From: an uncultured delta proteobacterium
Lineage (GTDB): Bacteria; Desulfobacterota; Binatia; UBA9968
Direction of reading: 5' to 3'
DNA length: 64,000 nt
NCBI GenBank assembly: GCA_963847445.1
Contig: CAWJZV010000030.1
Coordinates: forward strand, 566,257 to 630,256
Below are positions 44,712 through 55,436 of this stretch, in pieces (the stretch's first letter is position 1; every line of letters begins with the position of its first letter). The notes below the pieces were generated by a model that made no database searches, had not been told where the DNA came from, and worked only from the letters and a program-made list of their open reading frames with translations. Made by a program: the position numbers and the translations under genes.

Positions 44712-44951
44712 CCTTCGTGAACTTCGTGCCCTCCTTAGAAAATACTTGTAAGGGGAGGGTCTCACAATGAAGAGGTCACCTGGGTTCCGTCATACCCGCG
44801 AAAGCGGGTATCCAGGCTAATTGGGCGCAGACCAAACCTGGATTCCCGCGTGCGCGGGAATGACGCGTCAAGCAGACCGCCTATGGACGGAATCTCATCC
44901 ATTCTCATATTCTGTAGACGAGCGTAGGATCATGAAAGACTTCGTGGTGAG
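44712..44951. mobile_element. CTTCGTG repeat with ~207-bp nested non-coding element (44733-44939)
   Basis: CT duplicated at 44731-32 and 44940-41; termini shared with 35828-36024; internal REP doublet includes ATTCCC-N8-GGGAAT. Confidence 0.7.
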
Positions 44952-45033
44952 TCGTTCACGTTCCGAGCTTGGCGCCCTTTACGTCCCGATCACCCTGAGC
45001 CAGCCGAAGGGTGCGGCCAATCCATTCCGACAT

Positions 45034-47658
45034 TCACTCATAGCCGATCGCCGTCACCACCGGCGTCGCCGCCGCTTTTTTCGCCGGTCCGTAGCCAGCC
45101 AGGAGACAGAGCAGCACCGTGGCGCCGACCACCAGGCCGGCGACATCGTAGGGGTAAAAAAATTGGAATGTCCAGCCGGTGAGCAGCTTGGTGTTGTAAA
45201 CCACATGGTGATAGGCCATCACGCTGCCGGCGAACAAGCCAAGTAACCCGCCGATCAGTCCCATCCAGCCCGCTTCCATGACGATGATGCGGCGCACTTG
45301 CGCTTGGGTCGCGCCGATGGCGCGCAGCACGCCGATCTCGCGGCTGCGGTCGAGGATCGACGCCAGCAGGGTGTTGATGACGCTGAAGATCGCCACCACT
45401 AAAGCGACGATTTCGACGGCATAGTTGACGACGAAGGATTGCTCCATGATGCGCAGCACGGCGGCCTTGAGCTCGCGGTGGGTGCTGATAAAAAGCTGAT
45501 ACTTCTCGCCGTAGCCGGCTTTGATTTTTTCTATCAGCGCCGCCATGTCCACGCCCGGCTCCAGCCACAGATCGAAGGCATCGACCAGTTCGTCGCGCCA
45601 ATATTTCTTGTAGAGCGCGCGATCGATCAGCACGCTGCCGATGTCCGAAGAATAGTCGATGTAAATCCCCAGCACTTTGAAAGTGACCGGTCCGGAAGGT
45701 GTGACCAGTTCGAAGCTGTCGCCCAGCTGCTTGGCGAATCGCGTCTGAAAACTCTCGCTGATGATCGCGCCCTTGGCTTCGCCCATTTCGCGCAAGGCGC
45801 GGGCGCCGTCGCCTTGGGCCATCGGCAAGGTGCGCACGCGCGCCGATTCGACAGCGGAAAAAGACTCGACGACGATCGGCCGGCCTTGATAGTTGGCGCG
45901 CACCAGGCGATAGAGATCGACGATTTTCACCCCCGCTAAAGCGCGCAGCCCCGCCGCCGGCTCTTCGTGCAGCGAAACATTGCGCGGTCCGGCGGTGCGC
46001 GCGCCGGAGCTGATGATGATGTCGGCCGTCACCATCTGATCGACCCAGGCGAGCAGCGAGCCGCGCACGCTATTGACGAAGGCGGCGATGGTGAAAATCG
46101 CCGCCAGGCTGATGATCATGGTCGCCACGGTGATCCCCGAACGCAACGGATTGCGCCGCAGACTATCCGCAGCCAAGCGCGTCTCCACCCAAGAAACCCC
46201 AGGCAGAACCAGCGCCGAGCGCCACAAGAGTTGGGCCACCCAACGAACCATGAGCGGCGCGAAGAAAGCCAGACCGAGGAGAAATATCAACATGCCGATG
46301 ACGCCGGCGCTAAATTGCCGCACCGCACCGCTCAGCTGGGGCGCCAGAATAATCAGCAGCGGCGCAACCGCAAAGCAGACCATGCCGAGCCGGATGGACC
46401 AGGACTTCTTGGCGACAAACACGGGACGCCAAACCGCTTGCCGGGCATTTTCCAGCGGGCTGATACGCAGCGCTTCGACGGCCGGATGCAAAGCGGCGAA
46501 CAAGGCGACACCGACGGCGCTGGCCAGGGCGATGGCCAACTCGCGCGGCGACAAACTACTGCCCGACAAACCGATGGAGGAAAACAAATTGCGCACGGTC
46601 TCGCCCACCGCCAGCAACGCCGCCTGCGCCAATGCCCAACCGAGCAAACAACCGGCAACGGCGCCGACAATCGCCAGGATCAGCGCCTCGGCGACGATCA
46701 AGCGGAGCAATTCGGAGCGGCGCATGCCAAGACAGCGCAGCGTGCCGATCTCGCGCTTGCGTTGCACCACCGACACCGACACCGTGTTGTAGATGAGAAA
46801 AAAGCCGACGAACAGGGCGATCAAACTGACGAAGAACAAGCCGACGCGAAACGATGTCAGCAGCGATTCGATCTGCTCGCCGCGTTTCTTCGGCCGCTCG
46901 ACATCGGCGGCGCCGCGCAGCCGTTGGCGCAGTTTTTCCTGAACCGATTCGACTGTCGCGCCAGCTTCGACGGTCAGATCGACGATATCGAGCTTGCCTT
47001 CCTTGCCAAAGGCCAACTGCGCCACCGGCAGGTCCATCAAGGCGAAGTTGCCGCCAAACACCCGCGCCGTGCCTGCTTCTTTGAGCAACGCGCGCACGCT
47101 GTAGCTCTGTTTCCCCCGGCTGGTGTTGAGCGCCAAGGTTGAACCGATGGACAATCCCAAGCGCCGGGCAAACGACTCGGTGACGGCGATGGAGTCGGGC
47201 TGGGCAATGAAATCGAGAGCCTGGTCGAAGGCGAAACCGTCGCCGGCGAACTGATGATCGCGCATGGTGAAATCGGTCAGCAGATCGACGCCGTAGATGT
47301 ACAGCCGTTCGGCGCGCACGCCGCTCACCGGCAAAAAGCCGTCCACCGCCGCGGCGACATCGAGGACGCCCGCGGTATCGCGCACCAGCGGCAATACCTC
47401 TTCGGCCATGCCGCTTTCACTGTTGGAGACTTGGAGGACCGCCTTGCCGGCGATCTGTTCGATGGTCGATTGAAACGACGTGGTGAGCGCCCGATTGACC
47501 AAGGCGATGGCGACGATGACCGCAACGCCCAACGCCATGCCCAAAAACGTCAGCAGCGTGCGCAGCCGATGATGCCGCACATGGCGCCAGGAGATCAGGT
47601 GCAACAGCCGTAGCATAAGGAATCGTAACCGCTCCTTGTTTGCCAAGGCGACGGCCAA
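45034..47658 (-). CDS. ABC transporter permease, double FtsX/MacB-like
   Basis: RTLLTFLGMALGVA, REIGTLRCLG, REIGVLRAIGA; 874 aa two-repeat architecture. Confidence 0.9.
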   Translation of the reverse strand: MAVALANKERLRFLMLRLLHLISWRHVRHHRLRTLLTFLGMALGVAVIVAIALVNRALTTSFQSTIEQIAGKAVLQVSNSESGMAEEVLPLVRDTAGVLDVAAAVDGFLPVSGVRAERLYIYGVDLLTDFTMRDHQFAGDGFAFDQALDFIAQPDSIAVTESFARRLGLSIGSTLALNTSRGKQSYSVRALLKEAGTARVFGGNFALMDLPVAQLAFGKEGKLDIVDLTVEAGATVESVQEKLRQRLRGAADVERPKKRGEQIESLLTSFRVGLFFVSLIALFVGFFLIYNTVSVSVVQRKREIGTLRCLGMRRSELLRLIVAEALILAIVGAVAGCLLGWALAQAALLAVGETVRNLFSSIGLSGSSLSPRELAIALASAVGVALFAALHPAVEALRISPLENARQAVWRPVFVAKKSWSIRLGMVCFAVAPLLIILAPQLSGAVRQFSAGVIGMLIFLLGLAFFAPLMVRWVAQLLWRSALVLPGVSWVETRLAADSLRRNPLRSGITVATMIISLAAIFTIAAFVNSVRGSLLAWVDQMVTADIIISSGARTAGPRNVSLHEEPAAGLRALAGVKIVDLYRLVRANYQGRPIVVESFSAVESARVRTLPMAQGDGARALREMGEAKGAIISESFQTRFAKQLGDSFELVTPSGPVTFKVLGIYIDYSSDIGSVLIDRALYKKYWRDELVDAFDLWLEPGVDMAALIEKIKAGYGEKYQLFISTHRELKAAVLRIMEQSFVVNYAVEIVALVVAIFSVINTLLASILDRSREIGVLRAIGATQAQVRRIIVMEAGWMGLIGGLLGLFAGSVMAYHHVVYNTKLLTGWTFQFFYPYDVAGLVVGATVLLCLLAGYGPAKKAAATPVVTAIGYE

Positions 47659-47680
47659 TGTTTAACTGGACGCGAGATTA

Positions 47681-49915
47681 TTAGCGCTGATGCCGTTCGC
47701 TTTTCTCGCTCAGCGCTGCGTAGACTTTCTCCGCCGTGATCGGCAGATCGCGTATGCGCACGCCGACCGCGTCTTCGATGGCGTTGGCGATGGCCGGCGC
47801 CACCGGCGAAATCGGATTTTCGCCGATGCCTTTGACTTTGTACGGCCCGACGCCGCTGGCGCTCTCGACGATGACGGTTTTGAGCGGCGGAATATCTTGG
47901 ATGTTGGGAATTTTGTATTCGCCGAAGTTGGCCACTTCGACTCTGCCCTCTTGCACCGGCAGGTATTCGATCAAGCCGTAACCGACGCCCTGCACCACGC
48001 CGCCGTCGATCTGTCCTTGATGGCCCACCGGGTTCATGATCGCGCCGGTGTCATGGGCGGTGGTCAACTTGCGCAGCGTCACTTCCCCGGTGGCTCGGAT
48101 CGACTGAGACTTCCGCGACTTGCGCGGCAAACGCGGTCACCGGCGAATGACCGTCGTCGCGGGTCACCGCTTCGCCGCTGATCGACCGGCCGACGCGCTG
48201 GAGTAATTCATCCCAGCGCTGCCGCTTCTTCTGGTGCATCAGAAACTCGCCGGCAAGAGTAATTTCCGCCTTGGGCCAACCGAGCAGCTTCTCGGCCAGC
48301 GCGAGCAGCTTCTCGCGGGCGTCGCACGCCGCGGTGTAAGCCGCGCCGCTGGCGACCCTGGTGCCGCGGCTGCCGCCGATACCCGAATCGAAAGAGACGC
48401 CGAGATCGGTGTCGAGGGTGTCTATGAGAATTTTCTCCGGATCGCAGCCCAGCACTTCCGCGCCGATCTGCCGAAGCGTCGTGTAAGTTCCCGTGCCCTG
48501 CTCGAACAAACCGGTGTGGATGACGATAGATCCGTCGGGGTTGAGCGAAAGCTGCATCGCCGTGTTGCCGCCGCCGGGACCGCGATAACCCATCGCCACA
48601 CCGCGGCCGACGTTCTTCGCTTTCGGCCCATCGTAGCCGGACGCCTTCAGCGCCGCTGACAGCGTCTCCTTGGCTTTGATGTCTTTGTAGTGACTGCCGG
48701 TGAGCGTCTCGTCCCCTTCTTGCATTAGGTTTTGCAAGCGAAATGCCGCCGGGTCCATGCCGACCTTGCGCGCGACACAATCGATGTGCGACTCCGCCGC
48801 GAACACGCCCTGGGGTTCGCCCGGCGCGCGGAACTGGCCGCCGGGAAGATTGTTGGTGTAGACCCGCGAAACCGCAATCCGCGCATGGGCGGCGCGATAG
48901 CAGCCGCCCGCATGAGCGACGCCGCCGATCACCGCGCCGGGCCGAAAACCGCCGTAGGCGCCGGCATCGAGAAACGCTTCCATCTCATGGGCGACGATGG
49001 TGCCGTCGCGCTTGACGCCGGTTTTCAAACGCATCACGCCGGCGTGGCGCGGCGCGCCGGCGATGAACTCTTCGCGGTATTCCATCACCATCTTCACCGG
49101 CCGGCCGCTGCGCAACGCCAGCAGATAGCAAATCGGCTCGTCGATGGGCGCGCCCTTGCCGCCGAAATCGCCGCCGATGGTGACCGGATTGACGCGAATT
49201 TTATCCTTGGGAATATCGAAGGCCGCCGCCATGCTCGACTTCAACCCCTGCGGCACCTTGCACGGCGACCACATCTGAATGCGCTCCTGCTCGTCGATCC
49301 AGACCAGGCAGCAATGGGGTTCGAGAAATCCCTGATGCACCCGCGGCACGGTGTAGGTGTTCTCGACGATGACATCGGCCTGGGCGAAACCAACCGCGAC
49401 ATCGCCGCGGGTAAACACATCCTGGACAAAAGCGTTGGTCGGCTTGTCGAACTGCTTGGGCAAGCCCTTATAGCTATTCACATCGGGGTGAACCAGCGGC
49501 GCACCGTCCTGCGCCGCTGCGACACCGGATCGAACACCGCCGGCAGCTCCTCGTACTGAACCTCGATCAACTCCAACGCCGCTTCGGCCTGCTCGAGAGT
49601 ATCCGCCGCCACCGCCGCCACCCGCTCGCCGATGAAGCGCACCTTGTCCTGGGCCAAGACGGAAATGTCGCGATAGCGCCGGCCATAGAGAATGCCGCGC
49701 ACGTCATTGCCGGTCAGTACCGCGCGCACCCCCGGCGCCTGCTCGGCGCGGCTAGTGTCGATGCGCACAATCCGCGCATGGGCATGGGGACTGCGCAACG
49801 TCTTCGCCCACAGCGTTCCCGGCAACAACACGTCCGATGTATAGCGCGCGTCGCCGGTGACTTTCGCGGTATTATCGGTGCGCGGAATCGATTGGCCGAC
49901 TACGTGATAGCTCAC
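47681..49915 (-). CDS. Xanthine dehydrogenase family molybdopterin-binding subunit (frameshifts)
   Basis: KVTGDARY, LRSPHAHARI, IGGDFGGK, FRAPGEPQ, GQIDGGVVQG, KGIGE. Confidence 0.9.
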
Positions 49916-49928
49916 ATGAGTTCTCCTT

Positions 49929-50010
49929 CTGGAGTTGGAGTACTGGAGTACTGGAGTGTTGCTTTCCGGAAAACCCATCACTCCATTACTCCACCACTCC
50001 AATCTCCAAT
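49929..50010. repeat. GGAGT/ACTCC repeat hairpin
   Basis: ggagttggagtactggagtactggagt ... actccattactccaccactccaatctcc. Confidence 0.7.
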
Positions 50011-50011
50011 C

Positions 50012-50992
50012 CTACAGATACCCTTTTTTCTTGTAATACTGCACCGCCCCCGGATGGAGCGGCACGCGCAGCGGACATTTTTCCGTGCTGTGGCAGAGAT
50101 TTCTCATGTTGAGCGGCCGGTCGTCGTCGACCGGAATGATTTTTTTTCGTTCGTCGATGGTTTCGATGGCCGCGTAGGCGACGCGGTTGGGCAACCATTT
50201 ATGCGTCACCAACGCCCAGCCGCTGTAGTCGATGGTCAGGGCGTCTTCTTTTAATTGCTTGTAACGCTTCTTCGGCAGCATGGCGCGGCTGTAGCCCAGC
50301 GCTTCGAGCTTTTTCACGATCGCCGGCTCGATGGGAATGATCTCGTAGCCGTTGGCCAGCGCCAGATCCAACCAGCCGCCGTCGGTGCTGACGCCTTCGT
50401 CGAAGATCGCCGTCAGCGAGCGCTTTTTGATCGCGCTCATCCGCTCCTGGGCAAATGGCCGGCCGCACTCTTGGACCCGCCCGCCCCATTTTTTAATCTG
50501 CTCGAAAGAGAATCCATAGAAACCGAGGATCGTCGCGATGGTAAAATAAGTCCCGTTGTCGACGCCGGACAAGCGGGTCGAGACATGCAGCGGAATTTTA
50601 CGCCGGACGATATCGGCGATGGACTTCACGGCCAGATCCTTGGACACCACCAGGGCGATGCGGTCCCAGGACGGGAAGCAGCCGAGCACGCGCAGCTCCA
50701 TCTTCTGCTTGTAATAACCCTTGCCGCGGTAGGCCATCGCCACCATCGCCGACGGATTGACATAGGCGATGTCGACCCGGCGCATGCCGACTTCCAGCGG
50801 CGCGCGCATGCCGCCGTAGACATCGCCGTTAATGCCGATGCTAAACGGCAACGGCCCGGCATCCTTCTTACCCGAGGTTAGGGAAATCTTCAGCTGCGTC
50901 GCCAAGAGATCGGAACACTTGCTGAACAGGCCGGCGGTAAGCTCAAGGCCGGTAATGCCGCGTATCTGCGGCGGCGCCAGATCGGTCATCAT
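50012..50992 (-). CDS. TAXI-family TRAP solute-binding-like protein (no obvious signal peptide)
   Basis: AYRGKGYY, LRVLG, VKSIADI, VPLHPGAVQYYKKKGYL. Confidence 0.78.
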   Translation of the reverse strand: MMTDLAPPQIRGITGLELTAGLFSKCSDLLATQLKISLTSGKKDAGPLPFSIGINGDVYGGMRAPLEVGMRRVDIAYVNPSAMVAMAYRGKGYYKQKMELRVLGCFPSWDRIALVVSKDLAVKSIADIVRRKIPLHVSTRLSGVDNGTYFTIATILGFYGFSFEQIKKWGGRVQECGRPFAQERMSAIKKRSLTAIFDEGVSTDGGWLDLALANGYEIIPIEPAIVKKLEALGYSRAMLPKKRYKQLKEDALTIDYSGWALVTHKWLPNRVAYAAIETIDERKKIIPVDDDRPLNMRNLCHSTEKCPLRVPLHPGAVQYYKKKGYL

Positions 50993-51006
50993 GGGAGTTC
51001 ACCTTT

Positions 51007-52022
51007 TCATCGAGAGACTTTCTTAGTTTCCAGTTCGGCTTTCACCTGCTGCATCAGCTTCAGATTCAATACTTTGTCCTGCGCCAATTCGCCATCGATC
51101 TTGAGCGGTATTTTTATCTCGTAGTCGATGACGTTCCTGAGACCCTCGGCACTAGGCACTCCAGGAATTCCGGCCGACACGGCGCGATTGTAGCGTTTGA
51201 TGCCGTCGATCAAAGCCGGTCTTGGCAACGTTGCCGATCCGTAGCCGTTTTAGCGCGATCTCGGCCGCGCTCCTCGGGATTGTCGCGAACGAACATGAGC
51301 GCACGACCATGGCGCGCAGCCATCTTTTGACTTGCTCGGGATTGTCGCGCAACTTTCGATCGCTGGCGGCGAAGGCCTGAAACGGATAGGGAAACAAATC
51401 GCCGAGAAACGCCAGGGTGCGCAGCCCTTCGTTTTCCGCGAAAGATCACCGTGCCCGGATCGAGCATGGTCGCGTTGATCCTGCCGCTCTTGATCGCGAG
51501 AATGCGCCGGCCGCGTCCGCGCCCATGGCGATGCGCGTGATATCGCTGGGCAAACCGGCTTGTTCGACATACGTTGTGATGAGCCGGTCTTGGCTCGAGT
51601 CCGATCCCGCCGACGCCGATCCTCTTGCCTTTCAAGTCCGCTGCTTTGGCGATCTCGCCGTCGCTGACCAAGTAGAACGTCACCTTGTCGGTTTGAAAGA
51701 AAATCGCCTTGCACCGGCGCCCGCCCGCCGCGGCGCGCATGGCGCTGCCACCGCCGCCGCCAAAATCGACGTTGCCGCTCACCAATGCCGCCGCCGCCAC
51801 CGGGCCGGCCAGGACCAACGTTTCATGTTCGAATCCTTCCTGATGAAACAATCCCCTGCTCTCGGCAACGTACACCGAAAGATAATTGACGCTCGATTGC
51901 GGCACCACGGTGCGAATCTTTTCCGCCGAAACGGTAAACGGAAAAGCCAGCAGCAGGACAAGCGCAAAGATCGGCAACGCCTGAGAATAAATCCATGCGT
52001 GGCACGCAAGCAGCAGAACCAT
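51007..52022 (-). CDS. ABC SBP, NMT1/SsuA family (many frameshifts)
   Basis: YVAESRGLF..EG, AALVSGNVDF, ADLKGKRIGV, LRDNPEQVKRWLRA. Confidence 0.78.
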
Positions 52023-52044
52023 CTCTATTGAGCGCTTATAGCAT

Positions 52045-52128
52045 CCCCCTTTGAAAAAGTGGGACTGAGGGGGATTTAGAGTCCTGCGCAAAAGAAAATT
52101 TTTCCGTCCCGCCTTTTTCAAAAGGGGG
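52045..52128. repeat. CCCCCTTT...AAAGGGGG hairpin doublet
   Basis: ccccctttgaaaaagtggga ... tcccgcctttttcaaaaggggg. Confidence 0.65.
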
Positions 52129-52205
52129 ATCATGCGAAGCCAGGTCTTGAATTCTTTAATGAACTTCTGGAAGGCATATTAGCTCCACCCACTATCATCA
52201 TCAGG

Positions 52206-53064
52206 TCAGCCATCGAGCATCCGCAAAATGTCCGCCAACAGATACATACGCGGCGCGTCGGCCGGCAAATCCGGTCCCATGGCATCTGGCATGGTCACGC
52301 TAAAGTTAAGCCCGCTATCGCGCTTCCGTTCGGCAACGAGTGCGCATCGGTCTTCCACAACTAGCAGTAACGCGGTCACTTCCTGCCACTCAAGCCAAAA
52401 AATATCTTCAGCGCGATCGATCACACCCGCGCCGGTTAGCCGTTGACCGATGCTAACTAAAGCGCGGGTTATGAACTCGCCGCCCTGTTCGGGAACCAAC
52501 GCCAGCGCGGCGCCGGTCAACCGCTTGGCAGTTTCGACCACCGCCAAACCGAATTCAGCAATATTTTGCTGCAACAGCACCGCCGGTGCGATCACACCGC
52601 GAATGGCGGCGAACCATTGATTACCGCGCTCGCGCCGCAGTTGGCGCAGCCGCTGCGCCAGCTCCGAGCGCTGAGCCGGCGAAACTGCCGAGCTCGGCAA
52701 ACCGGCGGTTGTAGCGTTCCACTTCCGGCTTGATCTGGCGCTCCCAGGCGGCTTCGATATTGCGCGTGAAGCGCACGCTCTGGGCATGAATATTTTTTAG
52801 CCGTTGCGCTAAATCGGCTTCGGCCACCGCCGACGGCACCGCGGCAAGATAGACTCGGCCATTGACCAGCCGCGAGCGCAGCGCGTAGAGCGGGAATTCA
52901 ATGCTCTCGAGCGCGTAGGTCAGGCCAAAAACCAGGGCGTGAATCTCCAGCGTGTAGTCCAACGGCCGCGGCAGATAAAACAATCTTCCATCGACACGAA
53001 ACCAACTGAGCCGGTCGTCCGGCAACGGCACCCAGGGTGTCTCGCTCACCGCGCCGAGACTCAC
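52206..53064 (-). CDS. Hypothetical protein resembling the central helical region of PEP-utilising enzymes (frameshift)
   Basis: RLVNGRVYLA and GQRL..AGVIDRAEDIFWLEWQEV segments; no phospho-His or ATP-grasp motif seen. Confidence 0.45.
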
Positions 53065-53142
53065 GAGTCGATTCCTAACTTCATGGTTACGTGACCGTTC
53101 GCCAGTGTCGTTACCTACCCGGATGCTGACAAACCTCGGAGT

Positions 53143-53223
53143 CCTTCGACGGGCTCAGGACCAATGGGTTAGTTCCTAAAATCATTGCGAAACTCCGTTC
53201 ATGCTGCGGCTCTCGAAGCATGA
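53143..53223. repeat. CTTCGAC.GGCTCAG / CTG....TCGAAG hairpin family
   Basis: ccttcgacgggctcagg ... atgctgcggctctcgaagcat; related to the nested insert at 22672-22707. Confidence 0.55.
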
Positions 53224-53244
53224 GTAGTTTTTTTGAGCGGCCTA

Positions 53245-54283
53245 CTACGCGCTGCCAACGCACACCGAGCGGACGGTGTTCGGCCCTTGATAAATCTGCG
53301 CCCAAGAGTCGCCGCGGTCCCGGCTCAGCCAGACATCGCCGCGGGTGGCGCTGTCTTCAGTTCTTTGCCCCTGCGCCTCGCCGGTGCCGGCATAGAGGTG
53401 TTCCGGGTTATCGCCATCCGCCGACAGATTCCAAATCATCCGTTCCATGCTCGCCGGCAGTCCGCCGGTGAGTTGCTGCCAACTGACGCCGCGATCCAGG
53501 CTGCGGAAAATCGCCGACTGCGCTTTTTCCTTGCGCAGCCAAGCCGGCGGCGTGCCGTTGGCAGTGGTCAAGAATAAAGCCGGTGGATTTCCCGGAATCA
53601 CCACCAGATCGTGAAAGTAGCTGCGATCGATACCACGCTCGGCAAACAACCAATCGCGGCCAGTAGCGCTCGCTGCGGTAAAAGCCCCGCGCCGTCGCCG
53701 TGTAGTAGAGATTGGCCTGGAGCGGATCGCCTTTGACCGTATGAATATCGACGTACTCGATGCCGGCGGAAATATCTTCCCAGCTGGCGCCGCCGTCGCT
53801 GGAGCGGAGAATGCCGCCATGTTCCAAGCCGACGCACAGCACCCGCGGATCATGCCAATCGACGAAAATCGACAGCACATGGCTCTCATGGGGAAATTGT
53901 GGAAACCACCACTTCTCGGTGACGTTTTCCGGCTGATCGCGCAGCGCGGTCAATTCTGACCAGTGTTGGCCGCCGTCATTAGAGCGGTACAAGCCCACCG
54001 GCTCGGTGCCGGCATAGACAATATTGGAATCGCTGGGATCGACGGCAACCGAATGGACGTTGCCGGGTAAAACCAATTGCCAGGACTCGCCGCCGTCGCG
54101 CGACGCGTACAATCCGTCCTGTGTGACGCAGGCGTATGCCTGGTTGACGCCGCGCACGGCGCTCATGGCGCGGACAAACTTGCCGGCCAAGACCTCGCGG
54201 TAAGGCAGCCATGCCGCTCCGTCGCCGGTCAAGACCGTGAGTCCGGAATCGCTGCCGATATACAAACGCTTCGTCGTGGTCAT
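53245..54283 (-). CDS. BNR/WD40-YVTN-like beta-propeller protein (frameshift ~53660)
   Basis: Repeated S.DGG.SW Asp-box motifs. Confidence 0.85.
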
Positions 54284-54324
54284 GGGTGGTTAAGGTTCAC
54301 GGGCGATCCTTCAATGCGCTGCCG

Positions 54325-54354
54325 AGCTTAACGTTACTCGCTTGTTTAAGTCAA
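54325..54354 (-). promoter_or_regulatory. Putative sigma70 promoter
   Basis: Minus strand TTGACT-N18-TAAGCT upstream of the propeller gene. Confidence 0.4.
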
Positions 54355-54403
54355 CGAAACAACCGGTTTGCATCCGCTAAAACGAGATAGTACTAACAAG
54401 CCA

Positions 54404-55261
54404 ATGAAAGAATCGCCGCGCAAAAAATCAGTCAATGCCAATCCTTCTCGACATCTCGCCTTTGAAGAATATTTGCTCCAAGACGAACCTTTCTACTTAC
54501 CCGTGGCCCATGAAGTGGAGATCTTTGAAGCGGCCCACTCCAAGCGCTTGCCGATCCTACTCAAAGGCCCCACCGGTTGCGGCAAGACACGTTTTTTAGA
54601 ATATATGTCCCATCGTCTCGGCCCCTTGCCGTTGATTACGGTGGCGTGCCACGAAGATCTGACCGCCAGCGATCTGGTCGGCCGCTATCTATTGGAGGGC
54701 GACGAGACCCGCTGGCTCGACGGACCGCTGACCCGCGCCGTGCAGGCCGGAGCGATCTGCTACCTCGACGAAGTGGTCGAAGCACGCAAAGACACCATCG
54801 TGCTGATCCACCCGCTATCCGATCATCGGCGCATCCTGCCCCTCGAACGGCGCGGCGAAGTGATCGAGGCGCACGAGGATTTTCAGTTGGTGATTTCCTA
54901 TAACCCCGGATATCAATCCGTGTTGAAGGATTTAAAACCGAGCACGCGCCAACGCTTCGTCGCCATCGAATTCGACTATCCATCGGCAGCGATCGAAACC
55001 AGCATCGTCAAACATGAAAGCGGTGTCTCGGAAGAACTCGCCGGACAAATCGTCCGGCTCGGCGGCAAAGTGAGAAATCTCCGCGAGCATGGCCTGCAGG
55101 AAGGCGTCAGCACCCGGCTGCTGGTCTACACCGGCCAGCTCATCGCCGCCGGCCTCGCCCCCCGCCTCGCCTGCCAGTCCGGCTTCGTCCAAGCACTCAC
55201 CGACGACGGCGAAGTGAGCAAAAGCCTCCAGGAAGTCGTCGAAGCGATCTTCGCCGAGTAA
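54404..55261 (+). CDS. CbbQ/NirQ/NorQ family MoxR AAA+ ATPase
   Basis: [61 protein letters not shown]. Confidence 0.93.
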   Translation: MKESPRKKSVNANPSRHLAFEEYLLQDEPFYLPVAHEVEIFEAAHSKRLPILLKGPTGCGKTRFLEYMSHRLGPLPLITVACHEDLTASDLVGRYLLEGDETRWLDGPLTRAVQAGAICYLDEVVEARKDTIVLIHPLSDHRRILPLERRGEVIEAHEDFQLVISYNPGYQSVLKDLKPSTRQRFVAIEFDYPSAAIETSIVKHESGVSEELAGQIVRLGGKVRNLREHGLQEGVSTRLLVYTGQLIAAGLAPRLACQSGFVQALTDDGEVSKSLQEVVEAIFAE

Positions 55262-55436
55262 ATCATTGAATTGGCAGGGCAACCACACAGGGTTGCCCCA
55301 CAAGTCCAATTCCTCGTTGCTTTCCCTTCGAAGTTGCTCAGGCCATTCTTTGCGGCAAATCAAATAGAATCCGAGTCTTCTTCCGCAAACGATTTGAACG
55401 GCTTGAACGATTTGAACGACTGGAACAGCATTTTCT

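Noticed and set aside
53115-53248. IS5/IS1182-like MITE ends (ggatgctgacaaa ... tttttgagcggcc)
   Set aside because: The inverted repeat is too degenerate, with a single copy in the window and no clear target duplication.
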